Below, piece by piece: positions 48,040 to 57,863 of a stretch of DNA of 64,000 nt. Origin of the DNA: an uncultured Eubacteriales bacterium (GTDB lineage: Bacteria; Bacillota_I; Bacilli_A; RF39; UBA660); NCBI GenBank assembly GCA_900319955.1, contig ONQM01000006.1, forward strand, positions 718 to 64,717, given 5' to 3'. The notes beneath the pieces are model-generated. The model searched no databases, was not told the DNA's origin, and saw nothing but the letters and a program-made list of their open reading frames with translations. Both the position numbers and the translations under genes were made by a program. The stretch's first letter is position 1. Every line of letters begins with the position of its first letter.

Positions 48040-48472
48040 TCACTCATAAAATCTTGAAAATCTGGATTCTTATTTAATGATTCAACTTCATCTTTAAACT
48101 TTGACATAATCTTGTCTCACTTCGAATACCTATCTAGTTCTTCTAAACCATAATCAAGCATCAATAAGTATTTATATTTTTTTCTTTTTTTCTTCGTTGT
48201 AACATTTTTCTTTATTTAATTCTACTTGATAAATCTTATTATCTACTCTAAATACAGCATCAACAAACTTTCTTTTTACATGAACATTTTAACTTAAAAG
48301 TTCACCATTTCTAGTTTTATCTGGATCAATTTTAACTTTCTTACCAAATATTTCACTTAGGATTGCTTCTAATATATCATTATTTTCTTTCTTAAAGAAT
48401 AAGCATTTAAAAGTGTAGTCGTATTTGAAACTCCAGAACTTATAGCAATTATCTTCTTGCATATTTTATCAC
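48040..48472 (-). pseudogene. decayed Rpn/YhgA-like PD-(D/E)XK nuclease (putative transposase) fragment
   Basis: The reverse-strand translation is MQEDNCYKFWSFKYDYTFKCLFFKKENNDILEAILSEIFGKKVKIDPDKTRNGELLS, followed by a stop. Further out-of-frame fragments follow, for example VHVKRKFVDAVFRVDNKIYQVELN. The DY.FK.LF...DIL motif is typical of the Rpn N-terminus. Confidence 0.4.
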
Positions 48473-48635
48473 TCCCTTTGATAGCACTTTTCTCTGTCTG
48501 GCTTATACTTTAACACATATTAGGATTCAAGTTCAAATGACCAATTTTGTAAATCTGAGTACTTTTCCTGCAGATTTTAAAATTTGATATCTTTATAAGT
48601 TATTATTTAATATAAATTTTCATATAATTTTCTAG

Positions 48636-50549
48636 GTGATATTAATGTTTTCAAGAAAGTCTAATTTACGAATGAAATATTTATTAATACTTTTTATAAT
48701 ACTATCAATAATTATCTTACTTAAAGTACTTTATATTGAAATATTTAAAAATAATATGTTAAGTCGTAAAGCATCACTTTCATGGAGTAAAGATTTGCCA
48801 GTTGAATCTGAAAGAGGAAAAATACTTGATAGAAATTATAATGAATTAGTAACAAATAAAATATCAGCATCACTTTACGTAGTTCCTAATGAATTAAAAA
48901 ATAAAAAAGATGTTTGCATTAAATTATCTTCTATACTTAACTGTGAATGTAAAGATATTTACAATCATTTAACTAAAAATGTTGCAATAGAAAAAATATT
49001 TCCAGAAGGAGTTAAACTTTCTAAAGAAAAAATAGAAAAAATAAATAAATTAAATATTAAAGGAATATTTCTTTTAAGTGAAAATAAAAGATATTATAAA
49101 TATGGTAAAACACTTTCTCATGTACTTGGATATGTTGGAGACTACAATCAAGGCCTTTCTGGAATAGAATCCTACTATGATAAATATTTAAGATCATCTT
49201 ATGGTGCAGTTAAATATTATGCAGATAGAGATGGTAATAAACTAAATATAAGTGATGACTTAGTAAATGGAAAAGAAGGATTTGATGTAAGATTAACTAT
49301 TAATATGGACATACAAAAAAGCATAGAAAGAGAACTTGATAATGTTGTTTATAAGTTTGATCCCGATAAAGCGCTTGCTCTTGTAATGAATCCAGAAACA
49401 GGAGAAATACTTGCAATGTCAAGTAGACCTAACTTTAATCCCAATAATTATAAAAAATATAAAAGTAATGTATTAAATAGAAATCTTCCAATATTTTCAA
49501 CATATGAACCAGGTAGTACACAAAAAATTATTTCAATGACTGCAGCGGTAAATGAAAACGTACTTGATATTGATAAAGATAGATTTTATGATTCTGGAAG
49601 TGTTAAAGTAAGTGGAGTTAGAATTGGATGCTGGAAATCAGGTGGGCATGGTGATCAAAGCTTTATGGAAGTATTTCAAAATAGTTGTAATCCAGGATTT
49701 GTAGAAATAGGAAAAAGACTTGGAAAAGATAAATTATTTTCATATCTTTATAAGTTTGGCTTTGGCACTAAAACAGGAATTGATTTAGAAGGAGAAGGAA
49801 AAGGAATACTTTTTGATTTAAAAAATGTACATGACCTAGAACTTGCAACAACAGCATTTGGTCAAGGAATATCCGTAACACCTATACAGCAGGTAAGAGC
49901 AGTCTCAGCTATTGTAAATGGAGGATATCTTTTAAAACCATATATTGTAAAAGATATAATTGACTCTAAAACAGGAACAGTCGTTAAAAGTTTTCATAAA
50001 AAAGTTTTAAGAAAAATAATTAAAGATGAAACAAGTAAGACAATGAGAAGAGCATTAGAAAATGTTGTTGCAAAAGGTGGAGGCAAAGCTGCATATATTG
50101 AAGGATATAGAGTAGGAGGTAAAACTGGTACTGCACAAAAGCAAGAAAATGGAAAATATTTAGTTGGAAATTATATAATGAGTTTTATGTCAGTAGTTCC
50201 TGCAAATAAACCTAAGGCAGTACTTTATCTCGCAATAGATAATCCTAAGCATACTCCAAAACTTTCATCATATACAACAACACCAGTTGCAAGAAGAATA
50301 CTTTTGGACATTATTGATGCACTTGAAATTAAAAAGCAAAAAGGGCAAATACCAAAAGATTTAGAATGGAATGATACAGAATATGTAACTATACCTAATG
50401 TTATTGGAAAAAAACTTAAAGATGCTAAAAATAAATTAAAAGATTTTACATTAGTATATAGTGGTAGTGGTAAAAAAATAGAAGACATATCTCCTAAGCC
50501 TGGAACAAGAATTCCTAAAGACAGTACATTAAGAATACTTCTTAATTAG
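48636..50549 (+). CDS. class B penicillin-binding protein (FtsI/SpoVD-like transpeptidase) with a C-terminal PASTA domain
   Basis: There is an N-terminal TM segment. STQK (SxxK), SCN (SxN) and KTGTA are present. The PASTA-like C-terminus is PNVIGKKLKDAKNKL. The start may instead be the internal Met at 48645. Confidence 0.85.
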   Translation: MILMFSRKSNLRMKYLLILFIILSIIILLKVLYIEIFKNNMLSRKASLSWSKDLPVESERGKILDRNYNELVTNKISASLYVVPNELKNKKDVCIKLSSILNCECKDIYNHLTKNVAIEKIFPEGVKLSKEKIEKINKLNIKGIFLLSENKRYYKYGKTLSHVLGYVGDYNQGLSGIESYYDKYLRSSYGAVKYYADRDGNKLNISDDLVNGKEGFDVRLTINMDIQKSIERELDNVVYKFDPDKALALVMNPETGEILAMSSRPNFNPNNYKKYKSNVLNRNLPIFSTYEPGSTQKIISMTAAVNENVLDIDKDRFYDSGSVKVSGVRIGCWKSGGHGDQSFMEVFQNSCNPGFVEIGKRLGKDKLFSYLYKFGFGTKTGIDLEGEGKGILFDLKNVHDLELATTAFGQGISVTPIQQVRAVSAIVNGGYLLKPYIVKDIIDSKTGTVVKSFHKKVLRKIIKDETSKTMRRALENVVAKGGGKAAYIEGYRVGGKTGTAQKQENGKYLVGNYIMSFMSVVPANKPKAVLYLAIDNPKHTPKLSSYTTTPVARRILLDIIDALEIKKQKGQIPKDLEWNDTEYVTIPNVIGKKLKDAKNKLKDFTLVYSGSGKKIEDISPKPGTRIPKDSTLRILLN

Positions 50550-50636
50550 TGTAAATAAGTGTTAAATTTTAACTAAAATAACAAAAACTTAAAGTTTTAT
50601 GATATAATAATCTATTATGAGAGCGAGGAATATAAA

Positions 50637-51617
50637 ATGCTTCTTTTAACAAAATCGATATTTTCAATAATGATAGGATTTTTAGTATCAGCAGTACTTG
50701 GATTCTTTATAGTACCAGCACTTAAAAAAATGCATGTTGGTCAAAGAATAAGTTCATATGTTGGACCAAATCATAAGAAAAAAGAAGGAACACCTACAAT
50801 GGGTGGAATAATTTTTATACTTGGTACAATAATTACTATGGCTGCACTTTTAGCAACTGGAAAAGTTTCATTTACATCTAACTTAGCAATTGTGTTAATT
50901 GTATTTATTGGATATGCATTAATAGGATTTATTGATGATTTCTTATCAATTAGAAAACATAGTAATGAAGGATTAACTGTATATCAAAAATTATTTTTAC
51001 AAGTTTTAATAGCAATAGTATTTTTCTATATATATATGAAAAATGGAGGACAGACATCATTTGTTGTTGGAACACTTCATATTGATATAGAAATGGGATT
51101 TATATATGGACTATTTATACTTTTAATACTTGTAGCATCATCAAATGCTGTTAACCTAACAGATGGACTTGATGGACTAGCAGGTGGAATATCAGTGATT
51201 GCAATGCTAGCTTTTGCTCTTATTTCACTTATGGTTGGATATGAAGATATTGGAGTTTTTTGCTTAGTTTTATGTGGATCTATAATGGGATTTTTACTTT
51301 ATAATACATTTCCGGCACGTGTATTTATGGGAGACACTGGATCCCTTGCAATAGGCGGTGCAATGGGAGCTATTGCAATACTTACACATAGAGAACTTAC
51401 ATTAATTGTAGTTGCAGGAGTACCAGTTATAGAAACACTTTCAGTAATCATTCAAACATTTTCAGTACAAGTACTACATAAAAAAGCATTCTTAATGACA
51501 CCACTTCATCATCACTTTGAAAAACTTGGATGGAAAGAAACAGATATAGTTAAAATGTTTTGGATTGTAGGTCTTATACTTGCAATGGCAGGAATACTAT
51601 TTGGCGTTTGGCTATAG
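50637..51617 (+). CDS. mraY: phospho-N-acetylmuramoyl-pentapeptide transferase
   Basis: MGGIIF, NLTDGLDGLA and DTGSLAIGG are present in a 10-TM architecture. Confidence 0.9.
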   Translation: MLLLTKSIFSIMIGFLVSAVLGFFIVPALKKMHVGQRISSYVGPNHKKKEGTPTMGGIIFILGTIITMAALLATGKVSFTSNLAIVLIVFIGYALIGFIDDFLSIRKHSNEGLTVYQKLFLQVLIAIVFFYIYMKNGGQTSFVVGTLHIDIEMGFIYGLFILLILVASSNAVNLTDGLDGLAGGISVIAMLAFALISLMVGYEDIGVFCLVLCGSIMGFLLYNTFPARVFMGDTGSLAIGGAMGAIAILTHRELTLIVVAGVPVIETLSVIIQTFSVQVLHKKAFLMTPLHHHFEKLGWKETDIVKMFWIVGLILAMAGILFGVWL

Positions 51618-51688
51618 TATTTTTTTCTAAAAAATATTTGAAATAAAACTATTATGTTATATAATATAACTAAAGGGTAAGTGATACT

Positions 51689-52909
51689 ATGAATAATAAT
51701 GAAAATAATGAGAATAATCAAAATCAAAATATAATTAATATACCTGGTGTTATAATACCACCACAAAAAACTGAAAATGGTGTTGTAATATCAAGTACAG
51801 TTGATGATACCAAGGAAACAATTGGGGGAGAAAATATTTCTACATCAAATGATGTTACAATCCAAACTCCTGTATCTGCGCCAGTCCAAACTACGCAAAT
51901 GCCTCAGCAAACGCAAGAAGCAGCAAATTCAGTTACAAATGTAAATAATCCTGCATCACTCATTCCAAATGGTAATTTAGCACCTACTGATCCAACACAA
52001 ACTGCAAATAAAATAAATGCATATGCCTCAACAAATTCTACGCCTCAACCTATAAATACACAGCTTCCAATAAATGATGCATCACTTCCAAAAGTTGAAA
52101 CAACAGAACTTGATAAAAAAGGAAGACCAATAAAAAAGAAGAAAGATAAGAAAAAGAAAAGTGCAGGAACTATAGTTGTTAATAGTGGTTTAGTTGGAGT
52201 AATAGTACTTCTTTTAATGGGACTTGGATATTTTGTATATAATGATTATTTTAAGCCAAAACCTAAAGTAGATCCAGTAAAAGAATATTCAAGAAAAAGA
52301 ACATACAATATAAATAGTTATATTGTTAAAGAACTATTTGATTTTGTAAATTTAAAAGGATGTGGAGATCAAATTAATTTCTTCTATTCTGGTGACAATA
52401 TAAAGGCTTCAGATTTAACACAAGAAAATAAAAACTATTTAGCATATAGGATGCTTAAATATTCATCATTTGAAAAGAAAAATTGTACAACATATGAAAA
52501 TGCAATGCATGCATCAAATCCATTAGGGCTTTGGTATTGTGGCAATTATGATGAAACTGGAAAAGAAGATGAAACAACAGTTTTTTCTGAAGCAGATTTA
52601 AAAGATGAAGTTGAAAGAATGTTTGGGGATGGAAGCTATAAAGCAGTATCTTTTGCAACAAATGCTAGTGCAAGATATATGTATAATGAAAAAAATGAAA
52701 ATTATGTATATCAATCATTCTCAGGAGATAATTCATGTACACCTCATACAAATACATTAACAGATGTATATGGGGAAGGAGACAATGTAACAATAGTTGT
52801 AAAAGTAATAAATAATGAAAATAAAAATGAAACTCTTTTCTACTATACATTTACTGAGTCTGATGATGGAAATTACTACTTTAATAATTTAACTAAAAAG
52901 AGACTCTAA
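51689..52909 (+). CDS. bitopic membrane protein with an N/Q-rich low-complexity cytoplasmic N-terminus, a lysine patch and a Cys-containing extracellular domain of unknown family
   Basis: KKKKDKKKKS is followed by the TM segment GLVGVIVLLLMGLGYFVY. The external domain of about 220 aa has 4 Cys. Confidence 0.45.
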   Translation: MNNNENNENNQNQNIINIPGVIIPPQKTENGVVISSTVDDTKETIGGENISTSNDVTIQTPVSAPVQTTQMPQQTQEAANSVTNVNNPASLIPNGNLAPTDPTQTANKINAYASTNSTPQPINTQLPINDASLPKVETTELDKKGRPIKKKKDKKKKSAGTIVVNSGLVGVIVLLLMGLGYFVYNDYFKPKPKVDPVKEYSRKRTYNINSYIVKELFDFVNLKGCGDQINFFYSGDNIKASDLTQENKNYLAYRMLKYSSFEKKNCTTYENAMHASNPLGLWYCGNYDETGKEDETTVFSEADLKDEVERMFGDGSYKAVSFATNASARYMYNEKNENYVYQSFSGDNSCTPHTNTLTDVYGEGDNVTIVVKVINNENKNETLFYYTFTESDDGNYYFNNLTKKRL

Positions 52910-52958
52910 TTCGACAAATAAATTTCTTTATATTTGATACCATATTTTTGGTGATAAT

Positions 52959-53390
52959 ATGAAGAAATTTTTTTTATCAATAATTTTTACAATAATTCTT
53001 GGTGTTTTTGCAGGCAACTTTCTATGCAATTATGTACATGCAAAAGACTCTAAAACTCTTTATCTTCTATCTACTGGATCATATATAGATTATAAAGAAG
53101 CATTAAAAGATTCAAATGAACTAAATAATAAAATAATAATAGAAAAAGATATGTCATATGATGTTATAATAGGAGCATCATTTAATAAAAGTAACCTAAA
53201 TAAAATATCAAAAATTTATAAAAATAAAGGATATACATACTTTATAAAAGAAGAAGAAATAAGTGATAAAGAATTTATTAAAAATATGAATAACTTTGAT
53301 TTAATATTAAAATCTTCTACTAAAAAAGATGAAATAAATAAAATAAATGGAATAATTCTATCATATTATGAAGAAAAGTTCATAAAATAG
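52959..53390 (+). CDS. small secreted or signal-anchored protein of unknown function
   Basis: The signal peptide is FLSIIFTIILGVFAG. The rest is Lys-rich. Confidence 0.4.
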   Translation: MKKFFLSIIFTIILGVFAGNFLCNYVHAKDSKTLYLLSTGSYIDYKEALKDSNELNNKIIIEKDMSYDVIIGASFNKSNLNKISKIYKNKGYTYFIKEEEISDKEFIKNMNNFDLILKSSTKKDEINKINGIILSYYEEKFIK

Positions 53391-53439
53391 TGCATTTTTT
53401 TATTTTTTTGTCGAATAATATATATAGGGAGGTTTAAAA

Positions 53440-54105
53440 ATGATTAAAGATATACCAGAAAAAGAAAGACCTATAGAAAAGTTATTTGAAAAAGGAGAAA
53501 AAGCATTATCAGACAGTGAGTTAATTGCAATTATTTTAAGAAGTGGAACAAAGTCTAAATCTGCAATAGATCTTGCAAGAAATATATTAGAAAAAAATAA
53601 AGATTTAAGAGAAATTAATGCAAGAAGCTTAAAGTCTATTAAAGGAGTTGGAGAAGCTAAAGCAGCATCTTTAGCAGCAGCATTAGAGCTAGGCAAAAGA
53701 GTTTACTTAAATAAAACTGATAACAAAGTAAAATTACTTAATGCAGAGGAAATATTTAATTACACAAAATATCTTTTTAACTCTTTAAAACAAGAAGAAT
53801 TTTATGTACTTTACTTTAATAATAAGCAAGAATTAATTGAAACAAAACTTCTTTTTAAAGGAACAATAAATAGTAGTGTAGTGCATCCAAGAGAAATATT
53901 TAAAGAAGCATATCTTCTTTCAGCATCAAAAATAGTTTGCATGCATAATCATCCATCAGGATCTACTATTCCATCTAAGAAAGATATAGAATTTACAAAA
54001 AATATTGTTAGAATAGGGTCATTAATGGGAGTAAATGTAATAGATCACATAATAGTATCAGATAATAAATTTTATTCTTTTTATGAGCATAATAATTTAA
54101 ACTAG
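53440..54105 (+). CDS. radC: RadC-like JAB-domain protein (UPF0758)
   Basis: HNHPSGS is the JAMM-like motif, and there is an N-terminal HhH-like region. Confidence 0.8.
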   Translation: MIKDIPEKERPIEKLFEKGEKALSDSELIAIILRSGTKSKSAIDLARNILEKNKDLREINARSLKSIKGVGEAKAASLAAALELGKRVYLNKTDNKVKLLNAEEIFNYTKYLFNSLKQEEFYVLYFNNKQELIETKLLFKGTINSSVVHPREIFKEAYLLSASKIVCMHNHPSGSTIPSKKDIEFTKNIVRIGSLMGVNVIDHIIVSDNKFYSFYEHNNLN

Positions 54106-54155
54106 TTCTTTTAATTTCTAGATAATTATAATATAATATAAATCGGAGTGATACT

Positions 54156-54956
54156 ATGTATAAAGTAAAAGAAAATAATAAAAAGAAAAAAATAATTATA
54201 ATCATTTTAATGATTGTCCTTGCAATTCTTTTAATATTTTATAGTCTTATGTCAAAAAGAAAAATGGGAATAATTGAAAGAGGATTTAAAGATGCAAGTG
54301 TCGTAGCTGAAAAAGTATTTGCTTACCCATTTACAGCATTAAATACAAACAAAGGAAGTGACATGAGCAAAAGTTATATAATACAGAAAAATGTAAATGC
54401 TTCCCTTGAAAAAGAAGTAGAAGAATTAAAAAATGAACTTAATCTTAATAAGACACTTACTGAATATGATCCAGTATCTGCAACTGTACTTTCAAGGAAC
54501 AAAGGATACTTTTATAATACACTTTTAGTTGATAAAGGGAAAAAAGATGGAATAAAAGACGATATGGCAGTAGTTACGTATAATGGTCTTATAGGAAAAA
54601 CAATTAATACAACATATAATTCTACAACAGTAAAACTAATTACATCAGATGATTTAAACTTTAAAGTATCAGTATCAATAATGACAGATAATGGAGACTC
54701 TTTTGCAATACTAAGTGGTTACAATAAAAAAGATGGAACAGTAAAAGTAACAGATGTTGATAAAGATGCAAATATAAAAATAGGAGATAAAGTATTAACA
54801 AGTGGACTTAGTTCCAATTTTCCAAGAGGTATATATATAGGTGAAGTAAAGAAAATAAAAAGTGATAAATATAATTTAAGTCATACACTTTATATTAAAA
54901 CTAAAGAAGATTTTAATAATATACATTATGTAACTATATTAAAGGAGAATAAATAA
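54156..54956 (+). CDS. mreC: rod-shape-determining protein MreC
   Basis: An N-terminal TM segment and coiled-coil are present. GLIGKT...KLITS...ILSG...GDKVLTSGL...FPRGIYIGEV is the MreC beta-domain pattern. Confidence 0.8.
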   Translation: MYKVKENNKKKKIIIIILMIVLAILLIFYSLMSKRKMGIIERGFKDASVVAEKVFAYPFTALNTNKGSDMSKSYIIQKNVNASLEKEVEELKNELNLNKTLTEYDPVSATVLSRNKGYFYNTLLVDKGKKDGIKDDMAVVTYNGLIGKTINTTYNSTTVKLITSDDLNFKVSVSIMTDNGDSFAILSGYNKKDGTVKVTDVDKDANIKIGDKVLTSGLSSNFPRGIYIGEVKKIKSDKYNLSHTLYIKTKEDFNNIHYVTILKENK

Positions 54957-55462
54957 TGCTTATATTTATATTTTCTTTTATTCCATTTATTTTAGATTAC
55001 ATATTTAATTTATTTATGCCATATTTATCTAACAACTTATCTATATTTAATACATGTTTTACTATAGTTACAATTGCTTTAATATATCCTTTATTTAAAG
55101 AAAATAAAAATTATTTAATCTTTTTGATTTTTTACGGAATAATATATGATTTATTTTTTACAGGACTTTTTGTATATGATGGATTAATATTCTTGCTACT
55201 TGGTCTTATTACAATATACTTTAATTCTAATTTAGAAAATAACTATATTAATACAATTACTTATATATTATTTTTATTATTTATATACTTTGGAATATAT
55301 TCATCATTTATGTTTATATTTAATGTAGTACCAATTAATTTCTATAAATTTATATATATATTTATACATAGTATTTTATCAAATGTTATTTATTCAACAA
55401 TTATTTATTTAATTATTTATAAATTAAGCGAAGATAAAAAGAAAAGAAAATATATAAGGTAA
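54956..55462 (+). CDS. mreD: MreD-like polytopic membrane protein
   Basis: A hydrophobic protein of about 5 TM segments immediately follows mreC, sharing its stop/start. Confidence 0.55.
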   Translation: MLIFIFSFIPFILDYIFNLFMPYLSNNLSIFNTCFTIVTIALIYPLFKENKNYLIFLIFYGIIYDLFFTGLFVYDGLIFLLLGLITIYFNSNLENNYINTITYILFLLFIYFGIYSSFMFIFNVVPINFYKFIYIFIHSILSNVIYSTIIYLIIYKLSEDKKKRKYIR

Positions 55463-55502
55463 TAATTATATATTTTTTTCATATAATTTTTTAGGTGATT
55501 AT

Positions 55503-56330
55503 ATGAAAAAAATCTTATTAACAATATGTCTTTTTGTATTTAGTCTTTATTATACTTATATATGTTCTGAAATTCTAATTAGAAATAATCCAATATATTT
55601 AAAGATTGTTAAGAATAGTCATAAATATGAAAAAAATCCTACTAATGCAAAAATAACATTCAATGAAATAGAGCCTGGTAAAAGTGGTAAGAAAGTAAGT
55701 AAGATGGAATCATTTAACAATATGAATAAATATGGAAAATATGATGATTCACTATATGTATTTCACGAAGAAAAGCCTAAAGTAAATATAGACTCTTACT
55801 ATGATAAATATATAACGATAGGAAATAAAGATATAAAGTCTGTTTCGCTTATTTTCACTGTATCAGATTCTAGTGGGGTAGAAGATATTTTAAAAGTGTT
55901 GAAAGAAAAAAGTGTACATGCAACATTCTTTATAGATGGAAGACTTATGGAGACTGATAATAATTTAATAAATAAACTTATTTACAGTGGTAATGAGATA
56001 GAGCTTTTAAACTATGATGGACTATTTGATGAAAATAAATTTAAAAACAGTTTAGACTATCTAAGTTTAATTAAAAATGATGAAAATCTTTACTGTTATA
56101 CACCATTTAAAAGAGATAAAGTCTTAGAAATATGTAAGAAAAATAAACTTCATACAGTAGTACCAACTATTGTAATAAATAGAGATATGTTATATATAGT
56201 AAAGGAAAATTTAAAAAATGGATTAATAATAAAAATGCCTAATACAGATAAGACACTTTCTGTAACAATAGATTATATTAAATCTAGAAATTATAAAATA
56301 GTAAAATTAGAGACACTTCTTCATGAATAA
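55503..56330 (+). CDS. secreted protein with weak polysaccharide-deacetylase (NodB-like) similarity
   Basis: There is a signal anchor. HATFFIDGRLME and VSLIFTVSDS resemble NodB motifs, but the canonical TFDDG is absent. Confidence 0.35.
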   Translation: MKKILLTICLFVFSLYYTYICSEILIRNNPIYLKIVKNSHKYEKNPTNAKITFNEIEPGKSGKKVSKMESFNNMNKYGKYDDSLYVFHEEKPKVNIDSYYDKYITIGNKDIKSVSLIFTVSDSSGVEDILKVLKEKSVHATFFIDGRLMETDNNLINKLIYSGNEIELLNYDGLFDENKFKNSLDYLSLIKNDENLYCYTPFKRDKVLEICKKNKLHTVVPTIVINRDMLYIVKENLKNGLIIKMPNTDKTLSVTIDYIKSRNYKIVKLETLLHE

Positions 56331-56411
56331 ATATTTCACATAACTTTCATAATAAATACATATTAATTACATATTAATATAATAAAATTAAATCATGAAA
56401 GTAGAAAAAGT

Positions 56412-56849
56412 ATGAATAGAAAAATAAAAAATATCATTATGATATCAATACTTGGAGTTTTAGTTACACTTTTAGGACTTACAATATACTTAAATAAAGG
56501 AGAAAAAATAAAAAATGTTGAAATGCCACCTACTATGAATAGCAATAATAGTAGTGAAAGTATGGCACCGCTTGATAAGCCAAGTGATAGCAGTAGCAAG
56601 TCATCTAGTGAGACTCCAGAAAAGCCTGATAGTAATTCAAATAATGGATCAAATGAAATGCAAAGTGGCATGGAAGGAGAAATGTCTCTTCCAGAAAAAC
56701 CTGAAAAGAATCAATCAGTAAGTTATTGTGTAGTGTTAATACTTTTAAGTTTATCTATAAGTATAATAATTATTTACTTAATTATGTCTAGGTTTAATAA
56801 AAAGACATTTAAAGAAACGTTATCATCATCTGATAAAAAGATAGCATAA
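56412..56849 (+). CDS. small protein with N- and C-terminal TM helices and a Ser/Pro/Asn-rich low-complexity middle
   Basis: The helices are IIMISILGVLVTLLGLTIY and VVLILLSLSISIIIIYLIM. Confidence 0.35.
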   Translation: MNRKIKNIIMISILGVLVTLLGLTIYLNKGEKIKNVEMPPTMNSNNSSESMAPLDKPSDSSSKSSSETPEKPDSNSNNGSNEMQSGMEGEMSLPEKPEKNQSVSYCVVLILLSLSISIIIIYLIMSRFNKKTFKETLSSSDKKIA

Positions 56850-56988
56850 AAGAAAATAGTAAAGATAATCAAAAAAAATTTGAGAAAAAAGTAATATAAC
56901 ATATGAAAGTAGTAACACTATAGAAAATGTTAAAACACTTTCAAATAACACTTATACATCAGATGAATCTGATGAGAATGCTATTTTA

Positions 56989-57813
56989 GTGAGTAATGGA
57001 TGGAAATTAAAGGCAAGTGATATAACAATTAATAAAAGCGGTAACTCTAACTCTACTGAAAATGCAGATTTTTATGGCACTAATGCTGCACTTATTGTAA
57101 CAAAAGGAACTGTAACTGTTAAAAATTCAACACTTGAGACAAATAAAACAGGATCTCCAATCATATATTCAACTGGTAAAATAACAGTAGATAAAGTAAA
57201 TGGTACATCAAATAATGCCCAAGCAGTTGTTGTAGAAGGTAAGAATAGTGCTAAAGGAAATCGTGGATCTAACAATAAAACAGATTCAAGTGGCGTTATG
57301 ATATATCAGTCTGCATCAGGTGATGCAGGAGAAGAAGCAGGAACGTTTACATCAAATGATTTAACTATTTCTATAGATAAAAATAGTTCATACTATAAAT
57401 CATCACCAATGTTTTTTGTAACAAATACAAATGCAAAGATTAACTTAAAAAGTACAAAATTAGAATTTGGAAGTGCAGTACTTTTAAGTGCTAAAACTAC
57501 AAACGAGTGGGGCAAATCTGGATCTAATGGTGGCAACGTAACTATGAATTTAAAAGATGAAGATATAGAAGGAAATATGGAAATAGATGATATTTCTTCT
57601 CTAACATTAAATCTTACAAACAGCACTCTTAAAACTACTATAAATAATAACAATACTGCTAAAAGTATTAAACTAAAATTATCTAGTAATTCTAAAATTA
57701 TTCTAACTGGAGACTCTTATATTACAAATTTAGATGATGAGGATGAATCTTATTCAAATATAGATTTAAATGGATATATTTTATACGTAAATGGTAAAAA
57801 ATTAGACATTTGA
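56989..57813 (+). CDS. Thr/Asn/Gly-rich beta-strand repeat protein, possibly beta-helix-like. The GTG start is questionable. The frame is open upstream to 56884 with no ATG
   Basis: Alternating short repeats such as TVTVKNSTLETNKTGSPIIYSTGKITVDKVNGT are present. No signal peptide is visible from the annotated start. Confidence 0.35.
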   Translation: MSNGWKLKASDITINKSGNSNSTENADFYGTNAALIVTKGTVTVKNSTLETNKTGSPIIYSTGKITVDKVNGTSNNAQAVVVEGKNSAKGNRGSNNKTDSSGVMIYQSASGDAGEEAGTFTSNDLTISIDKNSSYYKSSPMFFVTNTNAKINLKSTKLEFGSAVLLSAKTTNEWGKSGSNGGNVTMNLKDEDIEGNMEIDDISSLTLNLTNSTLKTTINNNNTAKSIKLKLSSNSKIILTGDSYITNLDDEDESYSNIDLNGYILYVNGKKLDI

Positions 57814-57863
57814 AATATTTAATAAAACACTTCTAAAATAAATTAAATTAGAGGTGTTTTAAA

